This document shows, in pieces, positions 50,802 through 51,801 of a stretch of DNA of 51,801 nt (positions within the stretch are counted from its first letter, which is position 1; each line of letters opens with the position of its first letter). This DNA comes from Gemmatimonadales bacterium (GTDB lineage Bacteria; Gemmatimonadota; Gemmatimonadetes; Gemmatimonadales; GWC2-71-9), in contig DASQIB010000179.1 in NCBI GenBank assembly GCA_035631795.1, positions 1-51,801 of the forward strand, written 5' to 3'. The notes under the pieces are model-generated. The model was not told where the DNA came from, searched no databases, and saw nothing but the letters and a program-made list of their open reading frames with translations. A program made the translations under genes and the position numbers.

Positions 50802-51801
50802 TCACGTTCCGAGATGCGCTAGCGCAGCGGAAACCTCGCGAACGGCGTCGTGAGTGCACGGTGGCTCCGCGACTGCTTCAGGAGTAACGTCGCATACCTG
50901 CTGGCAGTCGCGGAGCCCCTTCTTGATGCGTTCGATCCGGAAGGCGGCCTCGTGGAGGTGGGCAGCTTCGGCTATGCTGAGCGCAGTCGCCAACAAGATT
51001 TCGGCCCGCTCAAATTGCCCAAATCGAGCCCGACCAACTCCGATCTTCAGCATGAAGTCCGCTAGGATGTTCGGTGGCATGCGATCGCGTCGGACTTCGC
51101 ACCGCTCTCTCCAGCGCTCGAAGCCAACGCGATCTCCTCTTGACGCAGCGCAATGCATCAGCTCAATGAGTGCATTGGTGCCGACGTCCTGTTCACCGGC
51201 ACGCTGGAGGACCAGTAGAAGGGCACGCTCAGCGCCATGGACGTCGCCGACCATGAGAAGCATGCCACCGAGATCGCCAAGTGCCCGGTAACGGGAGACG
51301 TCGTCTTCATACAACTCGAATGCTCGCCATACGTGAGGAATCGCTTCGATCGGCTGCCCCCGCGTAACGAGAGCGACGGACATGACCTGATGTGCCCGCG
51401 CCTCGGCCTCCCGGTCTCCCGCCATCTGTGAATCGAGGAGCGCCTGCTCGAGCAGGCGCTCAGCATCCGTCAAGTTGCCGCGATTCAATACGGTGTTAGC
51501 ACGACCGATTCGGCTAAGGAGCTCCGAATGCCGGTCGCCAGTCATCGTCGCGAGGTGTTTGGCCTGGTCGTAGGCTTCCTCGGCAGCATCGAACTGGTTC
51601 AGCTTCCGCAGCACTCGTGCCACCCGCAGCCGGCCCGAGAGACGGTCCGAAGGTCTCAATGCGTCGCCGCCCACCCGCAGAACGGTCTCGAGCACGTCGC
51701 CCGCTTCGTTCAGCAAGAGCTCTTCTTCGAGATAGTGCGCGTATGCGAGCAACGCAGGCACTACGAGCTGCGGGTCACGCGCCCGGAACGCGTCTCCGGT
51801 C
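50802..51801 (-). CDS. TPR-repeat protein, 3' part (ORF stays open to the right edge)
   Basis: Repeated 34-residue helical motifs (A..Y..A...G....EA...L..AL). The reading frame has no stop between 51761 and 51801, so the listed start is probably internal. Confidence 0.72.
   Translation of the reverse strand, partial: TGDAFRARDPQLVVPALLAYAHYLEEELLLNEAGDVLETVLRVGGDALRPSDRLSGRLRVARVLRKLNQFDAAEEAYDQAKHLATMTGDRHSELLSRIGRANTVLNRGNLTDAERLLEQALLDSQMAGDREAEARAHQVMSVALVTRGQPIEAIPHVWRAFELYEDDVSRYRALGDLGGMLLMVGDVHGAERALLLVLQRAGEQDVGTNALIELMHCAASRGDRVGFERWRERCEVRRDRMPPNILADFMLKIGVGRARFGQFERAEILLATALSIAEAAHLHEAAFRIERIKKGLRDCQQVCDVTPEAVAEPPCTHDAVREVSAALAHLGT

Noticed and set aside
1-51801. CRISPR arrays, rRNA or tRNA genes, transposases, integrases, prophage or toxin-antitoxin pairs
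   Set aside because: Reading both strands, I found no regularly spaced repeats, no rRNA- or tRNA-like conserved blocks, and no transposase, integrase or phage-like translations. This was an eye scan, so small or degenerate elements could have been missed.

Overview
GC-rich, densely coding bacterial chromosomal segment of about 55 protein genes. G+C looks like roughly two thirds by eye and was not computed for the whole window. I found no rRNA, tRNA, CRISPR array, transposase or integrase. The gene content includes two DUF5916/CBM9-like paralogs, a BNR/sortilin-like protein, TonB, two ECF sigma/anti-sigma pairs, a XoxF-type PQQ dehydrogenase and a SoxC-type sulfite dehydrogenase. This suggests a Gemmatimonadota-like soil or sediment bacterium, but that is inference only. 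Many long ORFs in the supplied track are antisense or out-of-frame shadows typical of high-GC DNA, and several true genes start well inside the listed ORF. The most interesting observations are these. (1) A 447-aa protein at 33569..34912 is an internal duplication of a Cas4/RecB-like PD-(D/E)xK nuclease module, with one intact and one degenerate copy, each ending in a CxnCx5CxC cluster. Its stop overlaps the ogt start (ATGA) and it sits head-to-head with a Uma2 endonuclease. (2) An OsmC-family gene at 29166..29606 has an in-frame TGA exactly at the conserved peroxidatic Cys, followed by a SECIS-like hairpin, so it is either a candidate selenoprotein or a fresh pseudogene. (3) An SH3b-like membrane protein and a patatin-like phospholipase form an operon behind a perfect 8-bp palindrome. 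(4) A self-contained promoter-hairpin-terminator unit lies upstream of infA, and two small CxxCG...CAC ORFs flank infA. (5) A nested palindrome fills the ECF sigma / DUF5916 divergent region and carries mirrored GAAAC...TAAT elements. (6) An unlisted 43-codon Cys-rich lipopeptide ORF with a strong SD lies next to 21-bp-phased direct repeats and a regulator/TPR cluster of lower G+C. All family calls come from motifs I recognise in the translations. No database search was run.
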